Shown here in pieces: positions 11,325 to 23,591 of a DNA stretch of 64,000 nucleotides (positions are counted from its first letter, which is position 1; the number at the start of each line of letters is the position of its first letter). The notes beneath the pieces are model-generated. The model was not told where the DNA came from. It ran no database searches and was given only the letters and a program-made list of their open reading frames with translations. The translations under genes were made by a program, and so were the position numbers. The DNA is from Octopus sinensis (Eukaryota), in the NCBI RefSeq assembly GCF_006345805.1, contig NC_043018.1, positions 8,122,001 to 8,186,000 of the forward strand, written 5' to 3'.

Positions 11325-13219
11325 GTATTCCATGCTCCCTTGAAAAACAAAAACCAGCAATATCACAATTTCACTTTAAAAATTTAAGTCTAAACCTCTG
11401 ACTAATAACTAAAGTTCTATATTTTTGAGACGAGGAATAATGTACATGATTTATAAAGCTGAATTGGGACAACAAACAGGGTGAGGACAACTTATCCGTC
11501 CATTGTAAATAATGTAGTAACTACAGCTTCAAGATTATTAACCTACATAACCATTTTCAGCGTATACATGTCAGTGAAGCAACATTTTTAACCACAGGGT
11601 GGTTAATGAAACCAGTGTATGGTCTTAGGGCAGACGGATAGAAAAATATTACCTCCCTTAGTTTAAAAATAAAATGTTCCTTAGTTGAATTGTTTGTACA
11701 TAATCATTTAACCCTTTCGTTACTGTATTTATTTTGAGATGCTATGTGTTTCTTTCAATTAAGTTTGAATATAACAAAGAATTTAATAAAATAACTTAGT
11801 TATCATTAAGCTAGTGTTAGGAACATAAATTGTAACTCAGGTTTGGTGGAAGATTTTAATTCAAAACTTATGAAAACAAGACATTTGTACTCAGAGCCAG
11901 AGCCGGGTTGGTATCAAAAGGGTTAACGTCTGTTTTCCATGCTGGCATGGGTTGGACAGTTTGGCGGAGACTGGCTAGGTAGAACAATGCAACTGGCTTC
12001 ACTCTGTTTTTGTGACTGGATGCCCTTCGTAACTCCAACCACCTAACAGAGTGGACTGGGTGTTTTTTACGTGGCACTGACAAAGTAACACAATAATGCA
12101 GTTTAGACATAAACATTCTAAAGTCAAGAATTTCCAGGTTTCTAACGATGGAAATTGTAAATTATTTTGAAGTTAGATACCCACCAAATAAAGTGAATTC
12201 ATGGCTCACAGAACAGCCTGCTGTGCTTACCTTGGATCGTAGAGCAACCTGCTGTGCTTGAGGAGACCTATTGAGTCAAGAACATCAACATCAAAATAAA
12301 AATCAGTTGTGATATCCGTGCCGTTGGCTGATGCAAGCGCCGCCTTGACTGGCATCCATGCTGGTGGCATGTAAAAAGCACCCACTACACTACAGTGGTT
12401 GGTGTTAGGAAGGTCATCCAGCTGTAGAAACACTGCCAGATCAGGCTGGAGACTGGTGCAGCCTCCTGGCTTCCCAGACCCCGGTCGAACCATCCAACCC
12501 ATGCTAGCATGGAAAACGGACATTAAATGATGATGATACTCTTCCTACAGCTCAACAACAATGTAGGAAGCTAACTTTTTCGCCCAGGTGCAATAATTGC
12601 TGCCAGTATGTTTAGATAATCTCACAACCTTTGACTTTCATTTTGTTTGTAGTTGTTCATCATCCTTTTAAAATCCACTTTTCTATGCTTGCATGGGTCA
12701 AATGGAATTTGTTGAGGCAAATTTGCTAAGGCTGGATGCCCTTCCAGTCACCAACTCTCACCTGTTTTCAAACAAGGTAATATTTCCCCGTGGCCAAACT
12801 TTTTTTAATTTTTACAGGAGATTGGAATCAACACTGCTTGCATGATGAAGACACTTGTGATGTCAAGACAAAGATACACACATACAAAGGGCTATCAAAT
12901 CCACTCACAAGACTAGCCAGGAGCTATAGTAGAAGACATGCCCAAGGTGCCATGCAGTGGAATTGAACCAGAGACTGCACAGTGGGGAAGCGAGCTTCTT
13001 ATCCACACAGCTATGCCTGCATCTGTTCTTACCTAAATGTAAACCTACCATTACGATATCGTGTAAGGTTCTGTTAAGTTAGTTTGCAAATACTAAAATG
13101 TTAATTTACTAAATAACTTCAAATTTCTTGATTTCAAAAACTCATTGAAATCCACAGGAAGTGTATTTCATTACAAACAGAATCATGAAAAGATTTTATA
13201 AATTCAGGTAAAATCTTAC

Positions 13220-13288
13220 CAAACTGGTCAACGCTTCGTAAGAAACCTATTAATGTACGACCATCTCGGAGAACGACAAGCAGCTTTT
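13220..13288 (-). CDS. LSM1: LSM1 exon 2 (69 nt)
   Basis: tttcag acceptor and GTAAG donor. Encodes KKLLVVLRDGRTLIGFLRSVDQF (Sm1 motif); phase is compatible with exons 1 and 3. Confidence 0.96.
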
Positions 13289-13385
13289 CTGAAAGACAAA
13301 AAAAAAAATTAAAAAATAAAGTTTACTACACACAACCAATGGGGTATACAAGGGTTACAATCACAAGGTACATCAGTTCAATACC

Positions 13386-14803
13386 TATTTCGTTACTACC
13401 CACAAGGGGCTAAACACAGAGGGGACAAACAAAGACAGACAAACAGATTAAGTCGATTATATCGACCCCAGTGTGTAACTGGTACTTATTTAATTGACCT
13501 CGAAAGGATAAAATGCAAAGTCGACCTTGGCGGAATTTGAACTCAGAACGTAGCGGCAGACGAAATACCTATTTCTTTACTACCCACAAGGAGCTAAACA
13601 CAGAGAGGACAAACGGATTAAGTTGATTATATCGACCCCAGTGTGTAACTGGTACTTATTTAATTGACCTCGAAAGGATAAAATGCAAAGTCGACCTTGG
13701 CGGAATTTGAACTCAGAACGTAGCGGCAGACGAAATACCTATTTCTTTACTACCCACAAGGGGCTAAACACAGAGAGGACAAACGGATTAAGTTGATTAT
13801 ATCGACCCCAGTGTGTAACTGGTACTTATTTAATTGACCTCGAAAGGATAAAATGCAAAGTCGACCTTGGCGGAATTTGAACTCAGAACGTAGCGGCAGA
13901 TGAAATACCTATTTCTTTACTACCCACAAGGGGCTAAACACAGAGAGGACAAACGGATTAAGTTGATTATATCGACCCCAGTGTGTAACTGGTACTTATT
14001 TAATTGACCTCGAAAGGATAAAATGCAAAGTCGACCTTGGCGGAATTTGAACTCAGAACGTAGCGGCAGATGAAATACCTATTTCTTTACTACCCACAAG
14101 GGGCTAAACACAGAGAGGACAAACGGATTAAGTTGATTATATCGACCCCAGTGTGTAACTGGTACTTATTTAATTGACCTCGAAAGGATAAAATGCAAAG
14201 TCGACCTTGGCGGAATTTGAACTCAGAACGTAGCGGCAGACGAAATACCTATTTCTTTACTACCCACAAGGGGCTAAACACAGAGAGGACAAACGGATTA
14301 AGTTGATTATATCGACCCCAGTGTGTAACTGGTACTTATTTAATTGACCTCGAAAGGATAAAATGCAAAGTCGACCTTGGCGGAATTTGAACTCAGAACG
14401 TAGCGGCAGATGAAATACCTATTTCTTTACTACCCACAAGGGGCTAAACACAGAGAGGACAAACGGATTAAGTTGATTATATCGACCCCAGTGTGTAACT
14501 GGTACTTATTTAATTGACCTCGAAAGGATAAAATGCAAAGTCGACCTTGGCGGAATTTGAACTCAGAACGTAGCGGCAGATGAAATACCTATTTCTTTAC
14601 TACCCACAAGGGGCTAAACACAGAGAGGACAAACGGATTAAGTTGATTATATCGACCCCAGTGTGTAACTGGTACTTATTTAATTGACCTCGAAAGGATA
14701 AAATGCAAAGTCGACCTTGGCGGAATTTGAACTCAGAACGTAGCGGCAGATGAAATACTGCTAAGCATTTTGCCCAGCGTGCTAACGATTCTGCTAGCCT
14801 TTA
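13386..14803 (-). repeat. Tandem concatemer of a tRNA-derived SINE (one head, seven 170-bp units, one 184-bp unit)
   Basis: The motif (c/t)gaaatac recurs at 13561, 13731, 13901, 14071, 14241, 14411, 14581 and 14751. A 16-bp TSD ACATCAGTTCAATACC lies at 13370-13385 and 14804-14819. Confidence 0.92.
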
Positions 14804-15390
14804 ACATCAGTTCAATACCACTAGTGTATGAGTATTGGGGGAGCCAATAAGGGAGACTACATAGTCAACTTGATAGTAACTACACTTCCCTCAAACCATT
14901 GGAAGGAAATGTTGGGAGCAGCTGTTTGGATGCTTATAATTTGGTCCAGTTCAGCTAACTGGAGATTGAGCCTCTTCAGGCAAACACACACACATGTTTA
15001 TAAAGAATCACTCCTTTGTTTGCTTAAGTTTCAGTCTTTCCTTTAGTGATAATTGGTATGATTTATGCAAAACAGGTCTACTGGACACTTGCTTTGTCAT
15101 TTATCTTTGTGCCATTATCCTTGAGAACTTTAAAAATAATGCTCACTTGACATCAAAGTTTTAGCTGTCTGGTAAAAACCTCTCTGCTCAGGCATGAACA
15201 GAAATATATACAAACGGATAGAGAAACATTAAAACGTGTAATGTCAAATGAGTCAGTGTTGAATCAGTGATGTTAAAACGTTTTATACCCTCAAAACATA
15301 GCATGTTATCTTAGAAAAAGAAGTAGAGGGGTCATTGTATATTTGGGACATTAGGCACAGGAGTGGCTGTGTGGTAAGTAGCTTGCTAAC

Positions 15391-16868
15391 GCGCATGCGT
15401 TGAGTTGTTTACTGTGTCAAGTTTTGACTAGGCGGACAGAATCCTTTGAGCTGCTCGCCAGCGGTTTGTTGGCGAGTGGAAAACAATGTATTCGGACCTT
15501 AGCGAGTACAAGCTGTCCACATCTGAGGAGGAGCTCATTAAGGCGGTGAACAGGATGGACCAACATCTGGAAAAAATAAAGAGTTTTGCTGACGCGGCGG
15601 GAGTGAAGAAAAAGGAAGTGGACCTGACTGAACTGAAGGAGCTGTATAAGATGACACAGAAGGTGGGAAGTGACGTAAAGTTACTACCCCCGAAAACGGT
15701 CATGGCAAACATGGAAAGGAAAACCATTACCTACAAGGTGCACTCAGTGGAGAGCAGGAGAGTGGAGCAGATAAAGATGGAAAAAGTAGAAAAAGCTCTC
15801 AAGGGGCTTTCGAAGGAAGTAACATACATAGCAAACGGAAGCGGATATGGGACGGTGGTTGTCCAGTTTAAAACAGAGGAGGAGGCGAGGAGGCTGGCAA
15901 GTGCAACCGTAAAAGCTGAGGAACTGGTGCTTCTACCCTCTTATCTTGGAAGAAAAAATTCTAAGGTGAGGGTAGAAGGAATTCCACCTGACATAAAGGT
16001 GGCTTGGGTTGCGGCAGCCGTCCTCGTTGGAAGTGAGGAGGTGACTGTCCTCCAAGCCACAGAGACAGAGGAAAGAAGCTACAAAGGAAAATTACTGGAA
16101 ATGATCATACAAGCGGAGGCGAAGGAGCTGGAAAATTTGGCGGAAACGGTGTCAATAGGAGAAATAGTACTAAGAGTATGGGTAGAAGGCAGAACCCCGC
16201 GGTGCTTTAAATGTGGCCAAAAAGGCCACATTAGAGCACACTGCCCCCTACAGAAGAAAAAGAGGAAAAAATAGATGAACCAGTTGCGAAGACAAAGAAG
16301 AAAAAAGAGGACGAAGACAAAGACGGACGAAAGGAGGAAGAATGGATAGTAGCAGAGAGCAGAAGTAAGAAGAGGAAGAAAAGAAAGAACACTGAATGTG
16401 AAATGGTACCCCAGTCCAACTCCATCCCACCCAAGACCACTCAGACCCACCAGCCCCATACAGACACCAGACCCACCCACTCCCTTTCCCCACAAGAAAA
16501 AAAGAAAAAGAAAAAAGAGCAGACACCACAGAATTCAGAAAACCCCTCCCCCAGTGAAAAAGGTTGCGAAAGAAAGTTGTCTTTAAGCGATAGTGAGAGT
16601 GGAAAAAGAAGGACTAGACCAGAGATTAGAGAAGAATTCAGACTCAAAGGCAGCGAGTGGTGTTGCTCTGAGTGGGGCGAGTAGCACACTCGTCATATTT
16701 CATACTTCATTTTCAGATATCATGCATGTTATCATAAACTTAATTTATTTTCTCACGTTCATTTTCATGTCACTCACAGTATCATTTTATTCTTGATTGT
16801 TATATGTCTCCACATGTTTTTGTAGTGTCCCCTCTATGTAATGCCTTTATGGCAAAATAGTTGAAATA
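15391..16868 (+). mobile_element. ORF1-only non-LTR retroelement (Tx1/L1-like ORF1) inserted in a SINE head
   Basis: 15-bp TSD AAGTAGCTTGCTAAC (15376-15390 and 16869-16883). The flanks rejoin into an intact SINE. No APE or RT coding sequence between the TSDs. Confidence 0.85.
15486..16684 (+). CDS. ORF1/Gag-like RNA-binding protein with RRM-like regions and a CCHC zinc knuckle; one -1 frame break near 16245-16260
   Basis: The 262-aa ORF ends ...VWVEGRTPRCFKCGQKGHIRAHCP. A K/E/P-rich continuation (EEKEEKIDEPVAK...EEEWIVAESRSKKRKK...) runs in the -1 frame to TAG at 16684. Confidence 0.8.
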
Positions 16869-17007
16869 AAGTAGCTTGCTAACCAACCACATGGTTCCGG
16901 GTTCAGTCCCACTGCGTGGCATCTTGGGCAAGTGTCTTCTGCTATAGCCTCGGGCTGACCAAAGCCTTGTGAGTGGATTTGGTAGATGGAAACTGAAAGA
17001 AGCCTGT

Positions 17008-17044
<37 letters not shown>

Positions 17045-17660
17045 ATATGTTTGTGTGTGTGTTTGTCCCTCTAGCATTGCTTGACAACCGATGCTGGTGT
17101 GTTGACGTCCCCGTCACTTAGCGGTTCGGCATAAGAGACCGATAGAATAAGTACTGGGCTTAAAAAGAATAAGTCCCAGGGTTGATTTGCTCGACTAAAG
17201 GCAGTGCCCAAGCATGGCCACAGTCAAATGACTGAAACAAGTAAAAGAGTAAAGAGTTATCCAATGTGTGAAAATTAGAGAGGGTTGGCTAGAAAAACAT
17301 TAACCAGAGATCTGCTCCACCAGGGTTAGTTTGGAACTAAACACCAGTGTCAGAGAGTGAGAGTTAGTTTAATACAGATATAAAAAACAAAGGATGTCTG
17401 TGTATGTAGTACATATGCATTTCTACAGTTTTCAACCGATTTTCATACTTCACTCATACATCACTTATGTGCCAAGGATGGTCCTGCACATTTTGCCCAG
17501 AGCTCCTGCGTAAAGTGAGAAACTGGAGAAAACTGTGTTTTAAATGGGCTTTTCTCTAAAAACGTCTGCAGTTTTCAACCGATTCTCTCCCTTTTCTCAT
17601 TCTATTTCTCTCGCTTACCCATTCTCTCTCACCCTCTCTAATAGTTCCTCTCTTTTAGTC

Positions 17661-18101
17661 TAATAATAATAATGAAATTATTGTATACAGTGCTCAGGTG
17701 CACCACAACTTGTCAAAAGTGCGTATAAAGAATATGCAGTAATGTACAAATGTCTGGAAAGCGAACAGTGTACGAGTCAGATACATGCTTGCGTGTGTAT
17801 GGAGGGGAGAAAATCAGGTGTAGTGTTGGCGAATCTCAGGAAGCATGGAAGTTTTGAAGGATGCAGTGCTTCAACAACTAACAACTGATGCCGGCAGTTT
17901 GTTCCATGCTTCAGCAACTCTCAGCGTGAAAAAATGTTTCCTAAAGTCGTGGGAGCTGTGCTGTTTTCTGACTTTGTAAATATGTCCACAGGTGTTAGAC
18001 AGGTGGAGTTTGAAAAGGTGCTCAGAGAACCCATATACTTCTGTCTACAAATCAACTTTCATGTATTTCGATTAGTCATGCGTAAAAGTCTCTTGCTACG
18101 G
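17661..18101 (-). mobile_element. CR1/L2-type LINE 3' fragment (other pieces at about 9960-10385 (+) and 27865-27912 (+))
   Basis: Minus frame reads ...GHIYKVRKQHSSHDFRKHFFTLRVAEAWNKLPASVVS..., the CR1-type RT C-terminus; tail (ATT)n. Confidence 0.75.
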
Positions 18102-18592
18102 TTTTTGTACGTTCTCCCTGAAAAATAATATATTTTCTATTTTTGTTCACTAAGTGTTTAAATTTAGTTTTGTCATAATCTGCCTTAAAATTGATTTCAG
18201 TCTGTTTCAATCTTGTTTTGTGTGTAAATATATTTGTCTTTACAATATTTGCAGGTTCTTCCTACAATCTACTTATTTTAAATACACTATCAACATTTCT
18301 CCCTTTATTGAAAAAACATGCATGCGATCGTGCATGTGTGCGTATGACCGCTATGGGCCACATACAGCTGATAAGCCTTTATTTCTGACCAATGAGATTT
18401 CAACCACACCACTGAGCGGTCATGCATTAGAAAAAACTATCTTAAAGTGACTCAAGTTTTTTCACTCAAACTATTTTCTTTTAGAGCTTTATACGCTCCA
18501 ACAGTGAAAGAATAAAAATGTAACAATATTATAGGTTTGGGAATTCATAGGGAAGAGACAGAGAGACAAAGAATTATATATATATATATATA

Positions 18593-20783
18593 GGCGCAGG
18601 AGTGGCTGTGTGGTAAGTAGCTTGCTAACCAACCACATGGTTCCGGGTTCAGTCCCACTGCGTGGCATCTTGGGCAAGTGTTTTCTGCTATAGCCCCGGG
18701 CCGACCAATGCCTTGTGCGTGGATTTGGTAGACGGAAACTGAAAGAAGCCTGTCGTATATATGTATATATATATATATATATGTGTATTAGTATGTGTGT
18801 GTGTTTGTGTGTCTGTCCCCCTAGCATTGCTTGACAACCGATGCTGGTGTGTTTACGTCCCCGTCACTTAGCGGTTCGGCAAAAGAGACCGATAGAATAA
18901 GTACTGGGCTTACAAAGAATAAGTCCCGGGGTTGATTTGCTCGACTAAAGGCGGTGCTCCAGCATGGCCACAGTCAAATGACTGAAACAAGTAAAAGAGT
19001 AAAAGAGATATATATATAGACAAGTCAGTATGTTGACAGAACTTACAAACCCTGTTGCATAAAACAGAATATTAGGGCCAGATATGGTCAGTTTAAATGC
19101 TAAAGGGTTAAAGATATGCCTAGAGGGAAATAAAGAAGCATATTTTAAGAAGTCCAGTCATGGATGGGACTCATTATCAGTTATAAATTTAGCCCTTTGC
19201 CTAATCTACCACCTGGTCCAAAATCCATCTTTACAAACATTTGGAGTAGGTCTCCAGTCCCAAAGATATCAATTCTGAGAGGCCATGCTATTCCACCTCC
19301 AAATAAGCCACTCTACAAAAATGGAAAAGAAATGGTCTGGTATGAAGAATGGAACGAGTTCCAGAATTTTCTGTGGAGCAGAGAACTAAGCGAAAAGTTT
19401 TAGCAGGATCTGCATTACAGGGAAAAGGTAACTACAGCACATAATGCAATAAAGGGTTTAGGGTGGATACAGACTGAAGACTACTCAAGATTTGTTGCGA
19501 CAATAACAAAAGAAATTGGCAAAGGAAGGCCGGAGAAAATACAGCTGCAGACATGGCATTGTGGTTAAGATGTTTGTTTTGCAATCATGTAGACTCAGGT
19601 TCAATCCTGCTGTGCAACACAAATATCAAAGCTAAAGACTCAGGTTAAGCAAAGGTATGTAAGTAACAACGAAAATGCTGGTTAAATGCTTAATCTAATA
19701 CTCTTTTACTTGTTTCAGTCATTTGACTGCGGCCATGCTGGAGCACCGCCTTTAGTCGAGCAAATCGACTCCGGGACTTATTCTTTGTAAGCCCAGTACT
19801 TATTCTACCGGTCTCTTTTACCGAACCGCTAAGTAACGGGGACGTAAACACACCAGCGTCGGTTGTCAAGCGATGTTGGGGGGACAAGCACAGACACACA
19901 CATATATATATGATGGGCTTCTTTCAGTTTCCGTCTACCAAATCCACTCACAAGCCTTTGGTCGGCCCGAGGCTATAGTAGAAGACACTTGCCCAAGGTG
20001 CCATGCAGGGGGACTGAACCCGGAACCATGTGGTTGGTAAACAAGCTACTTACCACACACCCACTCCCCTGCTTAAACAGGTTTATAATCAAAGGTGTTC
20101 CAGCTATGGCTGTATCAAGGATTACATTATCTAATGCGTCTTTTCTTAGTTAACTCTTAATCAGGGGGAAAGGGTTGCATGAATGCATGCCATACGAGCC
20201 GTAAAAAAAATCTTTTTCTTAAAAGGTAATTTTTTATACTTATGAAAATAAATATAAAAATTAAAATATAATTGTTAGTCTCTTGCATAATAAAATTTAC
20301 AATCTCGTTATTGGAAACTGTTGCAAAATATTTATTCTCCTTTCCATTTGGCACAAGCATAAATTTGAAATTCTGGCATTGTTGTTCAACATATAGGCAC
20401 AGGAGTGGCTGTGTGGTAAGTAGCTTGCATACCAACCACACTGTTCCAGGTTCAGTCCCACTGTGTGGCACCTTGGGCAAGTGTCTTCTACTATAGCCTC
20501 GGGCCAGCAAAAGCCTTGTGAGTGGATTTGGTAGACGGAAACTGAAAGAAGCCCGTCGTATATATATGTACATATACATGTGTATGTATATGTTTGTTCC
20601 CCCAACATCACTTGACAACCGATGCTGGTGTGTTTACATCCTCTTAACTTAGCAGTTCGACAAAAGAGACCAATAGAATAAGTACTGGGCTTCCAAAGAG
20701 TAAGCCCAGGGGTTGATTTGCTCGACTAAAAGCAGTGCTCCAGCATGGCCGCAGTCAAATGACTGAAACAAGTAAAAGAGTAA
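18593..20783. mobile_element. Three SINE family A copies: 18593-19006 (+), 19701-20068 (-), 20394-20783 (+)
   Basis: Mutual alignment of head, body and tail. Confidence 0.85.
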
Positions 20784-20794
20784 ATGTACTAAAG

Positions 20795-23591
20795 CAGGGG
20801 TCTCCAAAGTTTTCCAGCGGAGGGCCACATTGCTGAATTTTTAAAGCTACGGGGGCCAAGGTTCTAAATTATTTATTTTACCAAAATAATATAAATAAAT
20901 AGTGAATTAATAATTAAAAAAGGTTATTTATTCAGTACATAATCACAATGTATATAATATCAGTAACAATTAACATGTTTTTTTTAACTTTGATCAATAG
21001 GGGAAACATGAAATTGTTTCATTTCTGACAAAATTTTGTCCAACTGAGGTTCATCAGACAATTGTGATCTGTAGCAGGATTTTGTGTATTTCATCTTTGA
21101 AAAAGTCTTCTCACACAAATATGTGGTGCCAAAAACTGAAATGAATTCACAGACAATCCTCCTTAAATGAAGAAATTGGTCGGATGGAAGGCATTTGTAG
21201 AATTCAATCAAATTTCCCTCTTTATATTTGTCCTTCAGGATGTCATTGGATTGCAAATCAATAACTTCCATTTGTAACTCAGAAGGTAAGTCTCCAATAA
21301 CAGAGTTAAATGGATTTTCAAAAATTCTTAGTTTTGAAGAACATGCATCAAGATCAGAAAAACGTTCTTCAAACTGTTGTTTCAAAGCTAAAATGACATC
21401 TTGAGCAAACAAGTTTGGAAATGGAGTGGCAGCTTCCTGTCTATATTTGTCACATCGTGAAAAATGAGTAAAGCAGCTTCTTGTTAACTGACTTTCAAAT
21501 AGTATTAATTTCTTACGAAAAGCTTTCACCTTTGAGTACAAATCACAGATGAGTGAAGTTTCATCTTGTATCCGTAGGTTGAAATCATTGAGATGCATAG
21601 TTAAATCGGCTGAAAATGCTAATTTCCAGAGCCATTCACTGTCTTTGAGCAACACCTGTGAATGGTTTTTCTCATTTAAAAATATTTCAATTTCAGTTCG
21701 AAGCTCAAAAAATCTAGCCAGAATTTTTCCATAGCTAAGCCATCTTACTGAAGTATAGTAAGGTAGGTCTGGAAACTCAGCATTCATTTCCTCCAAGAAA
21801 TCACGAAATTGGCGATGTTTGAGTCCATGAGATCTTATGTAGTTAACAGTGGAAATCACAGGATCTAATACAGATGATAAATCAAGATGCTTTCCACATA
21901 GTGCTTGCTGATGAAGAATACAATGCAATACCAAAGGTTTCAATCCACCGGAATTCTCAATTACTTTGTTAATTTGCCCAACTAAGCCCTTTTTGGTTCC
22001 ACACATATTTCTGCCACCATCTGTTGTTATGCATTTTAGTTTTTTCCATTCCAAATTATACTCAGCCACTGACTTTTCCACTTCTCTAAAAATATCTATG
22101 CCTGTTGTTGTTCCATGCATGCTGTGCACAGATACAAGTTCCTCAGTAATCTCAAAATTGGCATTTATTCCTCTGATGAACAATAACAATTGGGATGTGT
22201 CTGATACATCAATTGACTCATCAAGTGCAACAGAAAAGCATACAAACTTGCTGGCTTTGTCTTTTAGCTGTGATTTAATATTTCTTTCAATATGTTCAAC
22301 CCTACGAGCAACAGTGTTCGCAGAAAGACTAATTGCGGAAAATAAATCTACGTTTTCTGGACACATTTTCTTAGCTACCTCATTCAAGCACTTTTTAATA
22401 AGTTCACCATCTGTAAATGGCTTACCTTTCTTCGCCAAAAGGTTAGCAACATGGAAGCTTGCTCTTGTTGCTCTCTCTTTTTCTACAGCCTTCTTCTTGA
22501 AAACAAACTGCATTGATGATAAATTCTTCTTTAATTTGTCAAATTTCTCTTTACGTAGCTGTCCAATGAATTAGTAGTACTGTGATGAATGCTTTTTTTC
22601 ATAATGTCTCCGAATGTTGTACTCTTTAAGTACTGCAATTGTGTCGGTGCATATAACGCATAGTGCCTTGTTGTTTGACTCTATGACAAAATAGTCTATG
22701 TTCCATTGTTCCTTAAAAACTCTACACTCAGAGTCGATTTTTCGTTTTCTTCCTTGAGCTAACATTTTTACCATGGGTCGACAGATTTTGCTCGACGATA
22801 TATGTAAAAGGACGAAACAAGTAAAAACAATATTCACAGGTCACTCGATACGTGCATTCACTTCGGCAGCGACGACGACAAATGACTCACACTTGTGCAC
22901 AACGAAAACGCCAAGTCTGTGCTGACTGACGGAATGCGCATCGAACTTTACTCCACGCTGATTGGCGACTGCACCAGGATTAGAAACCACCACACAACGT
23001 CAGGCTCAACCCTCTCTATTCATCGCTCGTGAGATGTAGGTAACATCGATAAATCGATATTTGTCTTCTTTTATTATACTAGGCACGGGACTTTTATTAA
23101 CGTCATACTTGTCGTATCTGCTCTCTCGACAGTTGACGGAATAGGTTGACTTTTCTGCGACATCAATAAAGCTAGAAATTGAATCTCTGCTTCATTGTAA
23201 GCAGCACCATCCATCTCACTGACAATCGCCTATTATCTAAGATGAATGATAGGTAGCTCCATAGCGAAGTTAATTCATTTTATGGTGGTTCTGATGGGTC
23301 AGTTAAAACGGGGAGAGTGGAAAAGAACCTATATTTACACTAAAGTTTAGTGTATAAATTTTTAATTCGCCGGCGCAATTTAAAGACATTAATTGATGGC
23401 AAATCAATTAGCGTCGTCTTGCGTCTATTTGCTGTACTATATTTGTCAAACGTATTAAAAGGGGTGTAAAGTATATTTGTTTTTGTATGATTTCGGCAAG
23501 GCTTGTTTTTTGACATTTGTTTTATAATTTTGGAGGACAGCTCGGCGGGCCGGATTAAAAACCTTGGCGGGCCGTACTTTGGAGACCCCTG
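20795..23591 (-). mobile_element. Full-length hAT DNA transposon (SPIN/GTF2IRD2-like) in LSM1 intron 1
   Basis: Perfect 16-bp TIRs CAGGGGTCTCCAAAGT and an 8-bp TSD TACTAAAG (20787-20794 and 23592-23599). Internal transposase frame present. Confidence 0.95.
20984..22774 (-). pseudogene. hAT transposase with one in-frame stop
   Basis: MVKMLAQGRKRKIDSECRVFKEQW...LCVIC...RRHYEKKH (zinc-finger-like N-terminus), TAA at 22571-22573, then the same frame continues: SVALDESIDVSDTSQL, ITTDGG, LHCILHQQALC, VRWLS, FGTTYLCEKTFSKMK. Confidence 0.9.

Noticed and set aside
13386-14803. CRISPR-like or satellite-gene interpretation of the 170-bp array
   Set aside because: Units are contiguous near-identical SINE segments with no unique spacers, the context is eukaryotic, and there are no cas genes.
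16240-16275. Programmed -1 frameshift in the ORF1-only element
   Set aside because: No canonical X XXY YYZ heptamer in frame. A single-C loss in the C-run (mutation or assembly error) is simpler.
19164-19500. Protein-like ORF (…RGHAIPPPNKPLYKNGKEMVWYEEW…) and similar purine-rich stretch at about 25600-25940
   Set aside because: Probably heavily decayed LINE ORF2 remnants; too degenerate to classify.
21966-22574. 202-aa plus-strand ORF
   Set aside because: Antisense shadow of the hAT transposase frame.
22775-22840. LSM1 exon 1 to transposase fusion via a cryptic acceptor
   Set aside because: The candidate AG would put the transposase ATG out of frame with exon 1.
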